The notes under the pieces were generated by a model, which did not search any database, was not told the origin of the DNA, and saw only the letters and a program-made list of their open reading frames with translations. Shown piece by piece: positions 37,394 through 49,500 of a DNA stretch of 64,000 bases. Source of the DNA: a virus; IMG/VR virus record IMGVR_UViG_3300042691_015370, positions 32,001 to 96,000 of that record; one strand, 5' to 3'. The position numbers and the translations under genes were made by a program. Every line of letters begins with the position of its first letter. The first letter of the stretch is position 1.

Positions 37394-40300
37394 TTAATAA
37401 GGGTCGGGCAGGTTGAGAAAGTCGTTCCAAACAGTTGGACCCGGACCAGTACCCTCACTAATCATAGGAGGTGGAGGCGCTGGTCCGAGGTTAAGGTAAC
37501 TATCGTGTGGTGTCGTGCGAGTAGTATTCGTTCTCTGACCGATACCACCAGATCCATCTGAGTAAGTGTTTGTATTCTCACAACCGTCAACCTGATACCA
37601 GATATAGAACTCATCAATAGTAATTGAATCACCGGAACCGTATTCAATCGCCTCAAAATCAGACCAACGCACAGTCGCTGTTGGATCGTTACAACCAGCA
37701 AAGATTTCTGACCATACGGCGACACCGTGGATTCTGTCTCCATAAGCATAGAGGTCACGAATCGTAGTAGTCACATTAGTTGTCAGGTTAGTTATCGTGC
37801 AGCGCCAGCGCGTAGTGTTTGCTGGCTCGCCACCCTGATTTGCTACCTTAAACACACGGAATCTGTATTCTGTTGCTTCATTCCATGCATAGTTGCGAGT
37901 GTTGTCGTTGCTGGCAGCAGAAGGCAGTGATGAAGTAGACCCAACCAATTGCGATGGTAGGCCCGGACCAAATTCGGTCTGACCCTCATCACTAATGTAA
38001 CCACCCCAGTTGACGGCATTGTAATCAGGGTAACCATCAATCCACTGCAAGCCACAGTGACCGCCAGACAGCACCACATTAGAAGCATCGGTAAAGTCAA
38101 GCTGCATCGCCCAGTAATACAGGTCATCAACAGTGGGCTGTTCAACAACCTCAAGAGTAACGGATACCTCTTCGTACCGAATCGGTGGGTCCTTATGCCA
38201 CCAAGCGTGGAAGGAAGAGGCCGTGCCAGTTCCAGTGCCCGGACCAATTACCACCTCTTCAAATGGAGACGGAATAATTGTCACACCACCCGCTGGGTCA
38301 AGGTCTGAAGCGATGTCTACATCTTGTGTAGCAAATTCACTATTGACGCCAAGACGATCCTCAACAACCAGAACACGCGAAGTAAAGCCCTGCAAATGGT
38401 CTGGAGTGTAGCCCAAGGTGAGGAAAAAGTCTTGACCTGAATGGCGCAGAACGGCAGCGTTGTAAGTCTCTCCATCGTCCTCATACTCCAAAGGAGTGGC
38501 TGAGGTAAACGGCCACTTTAAGCCTCGTCCGAATGACTTGTAATTAACGCAAGGGAACGTAGTTTCATCATTACTGACAACAACTTCTGGATCGTCTACC
38601 CACACTCCCCACTTGGCTCCATTGTCAGACATCCCAACAATTCCAGAAGTGAAAGTTCCAGTGACCTGAAGGTCATATGGATTCTTTGCAGCATAACCAG
38701 ACAACTCAAGGCCACGATCAGTCTCACGCTGCCATGAGTCAAGCTGATCGGAGATCACAACGTAAGGATTTTCTACCGAGTTCTGCTCCACCCACTCAGG
38801 GCCAGTGCCGGGAGTAGTGGCGTTGTCTGCAATCGTGGAAATGTAGGTTACACCATTGTAACTTACACGAGCGCCCGTTCCATATCCGCCTTCCTTCTCA
38901 GCGTCCCATGGCTCACCCTCAGCAGTAGTCACCAGCACCCAGTTATCAGCGGACCCAAGCCAGTGAGTCTGAAGATCCATGATATAGGTACCATCATCAA
39001 GGTTCATCCGAGTAGTGATCCCCTGAATTCTATGAATAAAAGTCTCGCTCGTGGAACGCTCAATTAAACGTACCTGATCATCTACGTCCAGACAAGGATT
39101 AGCTGTGGCTGTAACGGTACCAGTACGACCAGCAAAGTAGTTGTGAATACCTATAACCTCAGCCATCAACTTACGTTCATCAGCGTTCTCGAAAACGTGA
39201 GAAGTCCAGATAGATGTGCGTGGAATGTGACGACTGCTCGGCACGCCCGGTCTGACCTCTTCGTTAGCGAATGGAGGGAAGTGTTGCACATGCCCAGTAC
39301 GGCTTATGTCCTGAGGGTCAGGTGTCTCGGTGCCGATCAAAATCTGCCAACGCTTATCAGTGTTATTGATAGTGGCAGAGTATGACATAAGATCCACTTC
39401 TTCATGAATCTCTGGAATAAAGGGCTGAGCACCAGTATCCTCTACCCATTGCTCTGGGATGCGGAAAACTTCCCCATCTTCTTCATAGGTCCAAATACGC
39501 CAGCCATTGTAGTCAAAGTTGCCCGATCTCCACCAGTTAGGTGAACGGAACCTAAGTCCACCCTCCTGATCAACGTACACAACATAACCAACCACTTCAG
39601 CAAGCTCACGAATAACGTCGATAATGTACTTCTTGTCCCACTTATCGCCCTGAATCTCAATGTCTTGCTTAATGGCGGTGGTTTCAATACCACCAAGCAT
39701 ATTGATCTGCTCGTACTGCTCTAGTGTACCTGCGGTATTAGAGGTTGGATCATAGTTTCCGTACTCATCAACGGTATAGCCCTCTGGCGCAGTAACTTGA
39801 ATACTGCTCTGATCCTTGATCTCTTCAAAGAAGGTAAAGCCCGCCCACATAGCAAGCTCTTTCACAATCTGTGCGTAGTCACCATCAAAGTTACCCTCAT
39901 GCCAACGATACCCAGTCAAACCATTCCAACCGGGGTTACCCCAGTCGGTCGCCTCATGGAAGTACACCTCACCATCAGCACGCAAAACCCAGTAACCACG
40001 ACCATCTTGGTCACGAGCCATTGAATAGAACAATCTCTTGTAGTAATCCAACTCTGGATCTAGACGTGAACCACCAACGGCTACGTTGTTCTCAAACTGT
40101 TTGTTAATTGAATCAAGTTCCAGCGGACCCTTCGAAACCGCATCGCCAAAAGCAGCCACTAGACCCGAGTTAAACAGAATCCAATAGCCATCGCCAGTGT
40201 CTGTTGAAGTAATGTCTACCGCGTAATCAAAGAGCTTCAAAGTAAAGCTACTATCCGCACCTTCATTGTAGATACGATTTTTGAGTTCACCATGATGGAC

Positions 40301-42781
40301 GGCATCACCATAGGCAAAGACCTGACCACACTCATCAACTACCCAAAAGCCCTTTTTCTTTGGATGTGATTCAATGGCCGTACCCTTGCCGCCCACATAG
40401 TAATCTTTAGTATAACCATAGGAAACTCGGCCATAATGAAGATACTTAGTTTGGATACCCCTAAAAGCAGTAGCTGTAGGGTCATTGGGTCGTGGAGGAA
40501 TGTGTGACGGTAGTCCCTTAGGGTTATCAATCGCATCACCAAACGCAAAGACTGAGCCATTACTAAAAAGAATCCAGTAGCCATTACCGGTATTAGTAGC
40601 AGCAATACCATTACACGTCACTCTTGGGGCAGTGTCCCAAGCGGTGTTTATATTGCCATTATATTTCCAGTTTGGATCAATAGCATGCAAAACACCCTTA
40701 CCGTCATAGAATTCTTGTGCGCCACCCCGATAGATTTCGAGCCATTTGATACGCCAATCATAGTAACGCTGAGGACTGTTGACTACATAATCTGTTTGCC
40801 CATTGTAGCCTGTGTGAAGCTCAGCGTCACCATAAGCCTTGACATTGCCCATCCAGTCCACAATCCAAAAACCCTTACCAGATGGTGTTACGGCCATATC
40901 GTGAGCACGGTTCTGGGTCAGAGAATACACCTTGCCGCCAGCCAGTACCGTGTGACCCGTCTCACCCGGAGAACCGTCCAATGTGGTACCAGAAATGGTT
41001 GGTGTACCAGCCATGTAGGGATCAGTTCTGTGGTTGTAGAAGTGACCATATGGGGCTGGCAAAGCTCTGTAAGAAGCCTGAATGTACCTGCGCTCTGACT
41101 GAATGTCATCTAACGGGTCATAGCCCGGTGAATCAGAATCGAAGTCGGCAGCGTCACCAAAACCATGAATAGTGCCACCGTTTTCAAGCACCCAGTAACC
41201 ACGAGTTGGGTGAGGCTGAATACTCCATGTCCAAGTTACGTCATTAGCCAGTGCCTCATAGGGAGTCTTGTTCTGACCCAGACAATAAACCTGTACGGTC
41301 TTAAATCCTGCACGATACTGATCACCGGCAGAGTTTGGCATACCGGAGTAGTAGAAACGCTGAATGGAGACGCGAATCTTATCGACGTTGTTGAACTGAA
41401 CAAGTTCGCCCTCTTGTACTTGGATTTCTTTTCCATACAGTCTCTGATGTAAACGACGATCTGCCGGGTCTTCGCTGCCAGCGAGGACACCGGAATAGAA
41501 ACTTTCCTGCTCGCTAACCATTCGACGCAGTTCAATGTTGACGGCCTGTTCACCACGCTGAGAATCACCGCCCGGTGTAGTCTCTGGAATATAGGCTTCA
41601 GACACATAAGGAATGTCCTTACCTTGGCCCAAGGGTGCCAACACACTCTTGTTCTCTGTGATAGTGCCATTCACAAGGGTGCCCTCTGCCCACTCGCCAT
41701 CCACCATCACGGACACAAATATCTTGTAACCACCAGCCCATGCCGTCAGAGCAATAGAGCTAACGTTTTGTTCATGACCAGCAGGTATCTCCAACTCAAA
41801 CCAAGCAGTATCAGTTTCTAGGGGACCATCAATGCGACGTGGGAATGCTTCAGTAAGGTAGAAGTCTTGAATGTCACCATCAATAGCAGCAGCCAAAGCG
41901 TGCTCGCCGCCGATAAAAGGGTCACCAGCGATACCGTCAGCACTGGTGTTGCCGGGATTAACCTGTACGGGACCACGAGAACCGGGCGCTGAGGATGGGA
42001 CACTGCGGGCACGGGGACCCCAAAGAGAGTCGAAACGAGACTTGCCCGGTGGTACATACTCAAGGGGATACAGAGCGCTGGGAATGGTAGGAGGAAAGAC
42101 GATCTGATCAAGCAGCAGACGCCCAACGTCACGGCAGTTCAATGTCATAAGACCTTGACTTGTACCAATCACCGAATCAACTAGCCAAGCACCAGTCATT
42201 ACGACGTTGGATGTGGCTAAGTTATGATCAATCGACAAGAAGTTTCCGGGCTTAGGTCGCCCACCGTAACCCTGATATGTAAATAGTAACGCATCTTCTA
42301 CGAGGACGTTTCTCCACGAAAAATCATTGTCCCAAGTGCCATCTTTACGGTACGCACCCATGCTAGGACTCTGATTCCATGAAGGACCAGAGTCTCCGTC
42401 CCCCCGCTTGGGCCAGAAATATCCGGGCTTACCAAGCTGACCAGCAAGCTCTGGCTGTGCAGTATTGATTTCATGCCAAGCGTTATAGATCGTGATCTGG
42501 CAAGTAGCAATGTCTTGAGAGAGGCTGCGAGTAATCTGAATAGACTGAATGGACGGAATCTCATGCTCCACAGCCTCAGGATCTCTGTAATAGCGGTAGG
42601 AGCCTCGTACAGAGTTGCCATAGACCGGGCTGGTACTACGTAGCGTCCAGTCAGCCTGAACCGTTACACGCCCATTGGGAGCGCCCTCGTCGCCAATCAG
42701 TAAACCGCTCTGGATACGATCAAATATCTTGCGCTGAAGTGCTGCTGTCCATCTCATCCTAGATCCTCGGTATTGCTCCAA
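37394..42781 (-). CDS. large tail-tip/baseplate hub protein with beta-propeller and carbohydrate-binding modules
   Basis: Follows TMP and Dit-like genes; six GYWxxxxxGxVxAFGDA repeats; CBM5/12-like GARVSYNGVTY..PGTGPEW; hub-like ANPCLDVDDQVR. Confidence 0.8.
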   Translation of the reverse strand: MEQYRGSRMRWTAALQRKIFDRIQSGLLIGDEGAPNGRVTVQADWTLRSTSPVYGNSVRGSYRYYRDPEAVEHEIPSIQSIQITRSLSQDIATCQITIYNAWHEINTAQPELAGQLGKPGYFWPKRGDGDSGPSWNQSPSMGAYRKDGTWDNDFSWRNVLVEDALLFTYQGYGGRPKPGNFLSIDHNLATSNVVMTGAWLVDSVIGTSQGLMTLNCRDVGRLLLDQIVFPPTIPSALYPLEYVPPGKSRFDSLWGPRARSVPSSAPGSRGPVQVNPGNTSADGIAGDPFIGGEHALAAAIDGDIQDFYLTEAFPRRIDGPLETDTAWFELEIPAGHEQNVSSIALTAWAGGYKIFVSVMVDGEWAEGTLVNGTITENKSVLAPLGQGKDIPYVSEAYIPETTPGGDSQRGEQAVNIELRRMVSEQESFYSGVLAGSEDPADRRLHQRLYGKEIQVQEGELVQFNNVDKIRVSIQRFYYSGMPNSAGDQYRAGFKTVQVYCLGQNKTPYEALANDVTWTWSIQPHPTRGYWVLENGGTIHGFGDAADFDSDSPGYDPLDDIQSERRYIQASYRALPAPYGHFYNHRTDPYMAGTPTISGTTLDGSPGETGHTVLAGGKVYSLTQNRAHDMAVTPSGKGFWIVDWMGNVKAYGDAELHTGYNGQTDYVVNSPQRYYDWRIKWLEIYRGGAQEFYDGKGVLHAIDPNWKYNGNINTAWDTAPRVTCNGIAATNTGNGYWILFSNGSVFAFGDAIDNPKGLPSHIPPRPNDPTATAFRGIQTKYLHYGRVSYGYTKDYYVGGKGTAIESHPKKKGFWVVDECGQVFAYGDAVHHGELKNRIYNEGADSSFTLKLFDYAVDITSTDTGDGYWILFNSGLVAAFGDAVSKGPLELDSINKQFENNVAVGGSRLDPELDYYKRLFYSMARDQDGRGYWVLRADGEVYFHEATDWGNPGWNGLTGYRWHEGNFDGDYAQIVKELAMWAGFTFFEEIKDQSSIQVTAPEGYTVDEYGNYDPTSNTAGTLEQYEQINMLGGIETTAIKQDIEIQGDKWDKKYIIDVIRELAEVVGYVVYVDQEGGLRFRSPNWWRSGNFDYNGWRIWTYEEDGEVFRIPEQWVEDTGAQPFIPEIHEEVDLMSYSATINNTDKRWQILIGTETPDPQDISRTGHVQHFPPFANEEVRPGVPSSRHIPRTSIWTSHVFENADERKLMAEVIGIHNYFAGRTGTVTATANPCLDVDDQVRLIERSTSETFIHRIQGITTRMNLDDGTYIMDLQTHWLGSADNWVLVTTAEGEPWDAEKEGGYGTGARVSYNGVTYISTIADNATTPGTGPEWVEQNSVENPYVVISDQLDSWQRETDRGLELSGYAAKNPYDLQVTGTFTSGIVGMSDNGAKWGVWVDDPEVVVSNDETTFPCVNYKSFGRGLKWPFTSATPLEYEDDGETYNAAVLRHSGQDFFLTLGYTPDHLQGFTSRVLVVEDRLGVNSEFATQDVDIASDLDPAGGVTIIPSPFEEVVIGPGTGTGTASSFHAWWHKDPPIRYEEVSVTLEVVEQPTVDDLYYWAMQLDFTDASNVVLSGGHCGLQWIDGYPDYNAVNWGGYISDEGQTEFGPGLPSQLVGSTSSLPSAASNDNTRNYAWNEATEYRFRVFKVANQGGEPANTTRWRCTITNLTTNVTTTIRDLYAYGDRIHGVAVWSEIFAGCNDPTATVRWSDFEAIEYGSGDSITIDEFYIWYQVDGCENTNTYSDGSGGIGQRTNTTRTTPHDSYLNLGPAPPPPMISEGTGPGPTVWNDFLNLPDPY

Positions 42782-43155
42782 TCGACCACGATCCCGCTAA
42801 TGCTGAACTCGTGTCGCCATGGATACTCAACGGTTCTAACTCTGCGGGGATCAAATGATGTGAACACAACCCAATACGATCTACCGAGATCGTCAGTCAC
42901 CTTGATCTGCTTATCCGTCTGAGTCCACGCACGTAGCGCATTGTATTGATCTTCGGTCAACAATGTTCCAGAAAGTGTCATGCTCTGCTCACGGTTACGG
43001 CCCTGAAACAGCACGGGACGGCCCCGAGTGATCGGCGTCGGTGTCAAGGTCTTTTCAATAGAGGGCATTGTAGTATCTTTGGGGTTGATCTCTAACTCAT
43101 AAGAGAGAGAGGCGTGAACATCCTCAAACAGCCACGGTGTACGTTCTGATGGCAT
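42754..43155 (-). CDS. distal tail-like protein (paralog B)
   Basis: TDDLGRSYWV..SF..RR..PWRHEF; position after TMP. Confidence 0.7.
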   Translation of the reverse strand: MPSERTPWLFEDVHASLSYELEINPKDTTMPSIEKTLTPTPITRGRPVLFQGRNREQSMTLSGTLLTEDQYNALRAWTQTDKQIKVTDDLGRSYWVVFTSFDPRRVRTVEYPWRHEFSISGIVVDWSNTEDLG

Positions 43156-43586
43156 TAGATCGTAGCCTCCTGAGCCTCTTGTAGAACAAAACCAGTCAAC
43201 GTGTACTCATGTTTGAAAGGCTTGTTCTTCATTGTTGGTAACCGACGAATCACAAAGCTCTCAAGCATAACCAACCAGATACGACCCAAGTCATCAGTCA
43301 AATAGATTGGGTAATCCTTATTGACCCAATCCTCAAGTGTACCGTGCTCAAGCTCATTATAGGTCTTGCCAACATAATTAAAGGTTTCAAAGTTTCTCTG
43401 TGAGTACGACAAAATAGTGCTAATGCAGTCTACCCCAGCATCATTGAGATACATACCAGAACGTGCAGCATAATTCACTGTACGATTGATAGCATGTGAA
43501 CCACCATCTTCATATGGGTTCACGGGCATGTAATAGGTTTCATCGGTAATTGGATCGTAAAGCTCCCAAGCAATTCTTCTAGCCAT
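43155..43586 (-). CDS. distal tail-like protein (paralog A)
   Basis: TDDLGRIWLV..SF..RR..PFKHEY; immediately after TMP. Confidence 0.7.
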   Translation of the reverse strand: MARRIAWELYDPITDETYYMPVNPYEDGGSHAINRTVNYAARSGMYLNDAGVDCISTILSYSQRNFETFNYVGKTYNELEHGTLEDWVNKDYPIYLTDDLGRIWLVMLESFVIRRLPTMKNKPFKHEYTLTGFVLQEAQEATI

Positions 43587-43596
43587 CGAAGCCCCC

Positions 43597-46500
43597 TCAG
43601 TAGTGAGGCTCGTAAGAGCCTCTAGTGCCCGGAACGCCCATGAACTGGATCATCACGTCCATGAACTGCTGGAAGTCCATGCCGCTATTGATCGTCACGC
43701 CACCCATGTTCAACTGACGCCCATCAGTATAACCCATCGCCTGACCGCCAGCATTATAGGAAGTCTGCTGGTTCATGCGGCGAATCTCGTACACTGTTGG
43801 GAGGCCCAAAGTTGATGGCATGTTGATCGACAGATCAGAACTCATATCATCCTTGAGGCGCTTCAGTTCAAGCTCAAGTTCCTTGAACTTCTTGGAGCCG
43901 GGGATGACGGTAGACTGTAGGTTCTTGATGTGAGCCATGTACGTAGACTTGGAAATCTCGTTCATCTCTAGCATGTACTTGTACTCATCGTAACGGTCAG
44001 TATAGACAGCATCCTGTGCGGCCTTGTCTGCGCTAATAGCAGCGGCACGAAGCCTATTGATCTCAGCCTCACCCATACCCTGATCAATACCGTACTGAAG
44101 CTGAGCCTGAGCCTGCTGGCGAGCTACCTGAGCAGCACCAACCTCGTCTTCAATCGCAAGAAGTTCAGCTTGACGCAACTCCATAGCAGACGTGCGAATG
44201 TTTTGCATAGCATCAGCAGCCGTTCGCTGAGCATCAGCGAGTCTTGTTTCAAGATCGATAATTGCATCAATGTCATTAGCCTTCTTAGCATCTGCTAGAA
44301 GCTGATTGAGCATCTTGATGTTGTTATCAGACTGCTGCATTGGATCGCGAGTCCGAGCATTTAGCAGACCGAACAGTGCCTCTACACGAGCACGGTAAGC
44401 TTGGCGCTCTGCCTTAATGGCATTGTTGTAGGCTTCCTCAGCAGCCATGATCTCATCAATATCGCCACCCTTTCTTGCATCAGCAAGAATCTGAGCAGCA
44501 GCCTGAGTATCCATGTTTGCGTTGGCGAGATTGTCATTAGTTCTGGACTTCTTAAGCCCAAATAGTGCTCTCACCCTAGCCGCATACGCAGCCCTCTGTG
44601 CTTTTTCTGCTTCAAGTAGGGCTGTCCAAGCATCAGCATACTGAGCACTATCTTTGCCAAAGATTCTCTCCATGTCAGCAAGTGAATTTTGAGCAACAGC
44701 AACGTCGATGTTAGCACCTTGCAGCGAATCCTTAGCCAAAGCTTTAAATAGCCTACCAAGAGACTGCATTTGAGCATTGAGAGCAAGCTCAAATGCTCTC
44801 TGTAGTTCTAGTTTCTGTTCAAGAGCAGCGTTCAGTGCCGCTTCATCACCCTTACCTGATGCTACATCAATATCAAATTGATTGTTCAGCAGAGCACCGT
44901 AGGCTCGCTTGACGTCATTACCACCAGCCCAACGAGCAATATTGAGACTATTTCTAGATCTATTGACAGCAATACCTTGTTCAAACTCAGCTTTCTGAGC
45001 TTCACCAACCGCAACGTTAGCCTCATCCCATTCTGCTGTACCCGGAGCGTAACGATCTCTTGCAGCAATGGCCGCTAGAACGTTATTGCGAGCAATCTCC
45101 ATTGGGTTAAATGTACGTGAATTGGCAAGTCTAAATCTTCTAGTTGCCGAAGCTGTAATAGCGTCCATGTACTGACTCTGGGCAGCCCAATAAGCCTGCT
45201 CAGCTTCGTCTACATCGGCCTGAGTGGCTTCGCCCGCCGCAAAAGACTCTTTGGCCTTCTGCCATTCAATTGCAGCGGCCTCCCAGTTCGTTCTCGCCGC
45301 TCCCAGCGTATCGCCAGTAGCGGCCTGCTTCGCTCCCTGAGCACCTGCACGGGCAGCACGGGTACGTCGCTCTTGCTGTCTGCGGGCATTTCTGGTTTCG
45401 ATCTCGCTTTCTTCAACGTCAAAATTAGCATCTTCAAGATCATCAGCGTACTGCTGTTGAGCTTCCTCAGACCAATCTTCGCCGCCCCTTGCTTGAGCAC
45501 GATCTCTATCTCTAATGATTCTGTCACGCTTGTCGCGAGCAGCATTCTCTTCAGCCACAGCGGCCGCAACGGGGTCGTTGCTGCGCATAGCGTTGATTCT
45601 TGAACGCCTATACTCCCTATTATCCTCACGCTCTTCACCAGCCAAGATAAATGCATCTTCTTGACGCTTGAGATTTCTCTCAACCTCTTCTGGGCTAGGC
45701 AGATCCGGTGGTGGAGCTACGCCAGCAGGGAGCTTCACGTCCCCTGCCATGCCAACAAATTCTAACAAAGCATACAGGAACTGTAGATGCTCTTCCAGCT
45801 TCTTAATATCCTCTTCAGAAGCTTCTGGATCAGCCTTTAGTTCAGCTAGTTTATCCTTTGTGACGGCAAAACTGGACTTCAAGTCTCTTGTATTAGATGC
45901 ACTCAAAGTATTGTCGTCTAGATAGTCTCTGACAATAGACTCAGTAAATGCTTCACCACTTAGAGCAGACCTTGGAATCAGACCCTCACCAAATACTGAA
46001 TCTTCACCAGTTGGTGGCGTGTATCCAAAGTCCTTAACTAGCTGTGCAGTTGTTGCATTTCTACCGGGCTGAGCGGTACCCTGATCATCCTCAGCTATCC
46101 ACAATTCCTTATCAGCATCATAAGTGTAATTTACATTCGCCCCAAGAGCATCTTTTCTTGAGAACGTATCTCCGTCAGCGGGTCCAGCTTCATTGGAACC
46201 AGACCGTGCGCGAATAGCATCATAGGCTTCGATACCAGCGGCAAAAGCTTCCGAAGCCTTAAAACTATCTGTAATAACTGCATTGTTTGCAGCACGCAGT
46301 CCCTCATCTTGACGCATTCTTTCAATGACAGATGCATCATCTGTAGTATTGGCAAACAAGCTTGCATAAAAAGCCTTCTTAGCGTCAACTACCTGTGCCG
46401 CTACTTCTAGCCTTTGATCACGATCATCAAAAGACGCATTGTTAAGCAAGTCTACATAAGCGCTCAATTGAGCAGCCTGAATCCCAGCCTCAGAGGCACC

Positions 46501-49500
46501 AAATATCTCCATCATCTGGAGAGATCTATCAACCTCGCCCCTGAGAGCCTGAGAAATCTGTTGCTCAGCCTGACGCTTAGCCTGAGCGTATGCTTGAAGA
46601 TCTTCTTCTGAAGGTGCCGTGTCACCGCCATACATCGACTGGCGCATCGTTCTCAATGCTTCAGTGGACTCTTCGATCAGCCCTTTAGTGCCCGTTCTAC
46701 CAGCGCTAAATCGACTAGAAGCCTCTGTAATATCAAAGTTAAGGCGCTCGGCCCTCGTCATATCCTCTAGCTTGGCTTCACGCATCTTGCGTTGAGTTTC
46801 AGGATCATCAAGCGAAACCTGAGCAGCCTTTTCCAAACCAGCCCGAATGCGTGCAACCTGATCCTCGTTAAGATTGCCTTCGGCCTGCATACGTTCAAGC
46901 TCAGCTTGTGGATCATCGGCGGTAATAACCTCAACAACTTCAGCAGACATATTGTCTGGATTCTGATATCCTAATGCTTCAGCGTAGGCAGCCTTAAGTG
47001 CAGCCTCATTATCAGAAAGACGTTCTGTTCTTAATCTTCCACTTGAACCACCAACAATACCATTATCATCAAAAATTTGATTTAGTAATGATTGCTCATT
47101 TTTAGCCCTACGTCGAAGTGACAAACGAGCTTCGTCAATATTTTCGCGCTGCATTTCTTGAAGTGCAGGGGATTGCCGTCCAAAAGCTTCACGAATCTGT
47201 CTAGGAGTAGCGTCTCTGCCGGGTCGAGTGCCTCGACTTCCACCACCAGCAATCGCTGCACCACCAGCAACCCCACGATCGTTAAAACCGCCACTCAATG
47301 CAGCAGTCATTCCAAACGTCTGGAAATAAACCTCTCTTGCAATTTCTGGATTGGCTCGCAAATCGTCTAGTGCAGTGGCCCGTTCAATCGGGATCTCTGC
47401 AAGCACGGCCTGACCACGCAAAATACTCGCTTCAGACTCACGGTTAAATATGGGTCGCCACCAGCGGTCCCAGCCACCACGATCCGACTCAGCGGTTCTT
47501 GCTTGGGATCTTAATTCGGCCGCACGCTTTGACAGTGCCGACTCTGACCCATCTATACCAAGAGCGGCAAGCTTACGTGCCCCTTCATTACCTTCCTTGG
47601 AAGTTTCATAAAGCTCACGCAATGCGGCAGTATCTTGATCTAGCATGCTGTTTACGGCGCTATAAGCTGCCGTAAGAGCCATAATCGCAATAAATGGATT
47701 AGATACCAGACTACCTACAGCGCCAGCAAGGGCCGCTGCTCCACCGCCACCAATCTTCGTAGCAGCCGTACCTACACCCGCTCTCAAACCAGCCTGAATC
47801 TTGCCAGTACCAGAATCTGGCAAGATAGGACCGGCTAGTCTGACCCCACCACGACCAATCGGTGCCCCGGAACGATAATTTTCGTATCTGGCGGCGAATC
47901 CACCAGCGCGATCGTACATTCCTCTCTGAATATTCGACCTATACTGAGCAAAGGAGTCAGGTGCCCAGACATTGCCAGCCATGCGACGTTGCTCGGATGT
48001 TCCAGAATAAAGTACTTGAGACTTGCCATTTTCGTCTACAGCATATCTTGCCCCAGTTGGAGTAACAGCATAGTAGCCACCCTTACCATCAGGCATAGGT
48101 TTAGCAACTGCGTCTGATCCATCTGGATACTTTGTAGGATCTAATACAGTAGCCTTGCCAACAGGTGAATAGAAGCCACCAACGCCCTGTGTCATGGCTC
48201 CTGTGTAAATAGCGTTAGTTCTGGTCATCACCTCCCCACCGTGCTGGATAGCCATACGCAGAAGCTTCCAAGCGGCTACGGCACCAAGAATCTTAGCTGG
48301 TGTGCCGCCCAGAATCTCATTGATGAAAGTAAACAACTTAGCAACAGGAGAGATAACGGTTGCCAAAAGTTTAAGGCTATCAATTAGAACCTTAAACATA
48401 TCCTCTAGACCAGCGTCCAGAGCATAAACCATAATAGTACGGAATTGCTCACCAAGAATTCTCATCTGCGTGGTAAGCGTTTCCTTCTGTCGTTCAAATC
48501 TCTTTTCTAGCGCTCCCTCACTATCTGAGGCACGGGCCTCAAACCTTTCCGTGTTCTGTGGCTTAGCAAATGCTCCAATAACCACACCAGCTTCACGACG
48601 GCCACCAAGCAGTTGATATAGCTGCTCTTCAGATTCCTTACTGATATTTGGCAGGGCTTGAGGCAGTGCCTTAAAGACATCTGCTGTAGTTCCTTCACGC
48701 AATGCATCAATAAAATCTGGACCAAAGCCCGGATCTTTATACGCAAGCTGGAGAAGAGCGTCCTTATTGCCGGGAACAGATGGCAAAACTCGACCCAACT
48801 GCTCAGCAAGAGCGCCACCGGTACGACCAGATGTCTGAGCAATGGTTGCACCAATGGCAATAATTTCATCTGACGTAAACCCAGACTGCTTAGCGATAGG
48901 AGCAATACTTGACAAGAACTCAACCTGAGAAGCTACGTCAACACCAGACTCTGAAGCTACTGCCGTAAGCTTGTTGCCAATAAGCTCATTGCTCTCTCCG
49001 AAAGAGAGGCCAATCGCAATAGCCTGATCACTCAGAGTCTTGGTCGGCAAGTCTGCGACAACCGCAAGCTTCGCTGCGGCTTCTCGCTGCTCCTTAACCA
49101 ACTCTTCGCCCGAAATCGACCTATCACCAGCACCCTTAATCGTTTCTCCCAAAAATGCGCCTCTAATAGAGATCTCCATTTTTGCGATCTCATCAGCGCC
49201 GACACCAGTTTCCTTCGAAAGATCAACGATAGCCTGTTTAATGCCATCAATCTTGCCCTTAGCGTCTTCACCAAATGTTTGCGCTAGCTGCGAGTCAAGG
49301 CGTGCTAGCGCAAACTTGAGTTCTTCAGCTTCCTTGAGAGCGCCAACAAGACCAGCCCCAACACCAAACAAAAGCATAGAGGGCAAAGCATACTTCATAC
49401 TTTGAATTGCGCCCTCACCAAACCAACCGCCCAAGCTGTCATCGCCTCGCACAGCTTGGCGGAACGCCGTAAACCGACTTGGCTTACCATTATTGCCATA

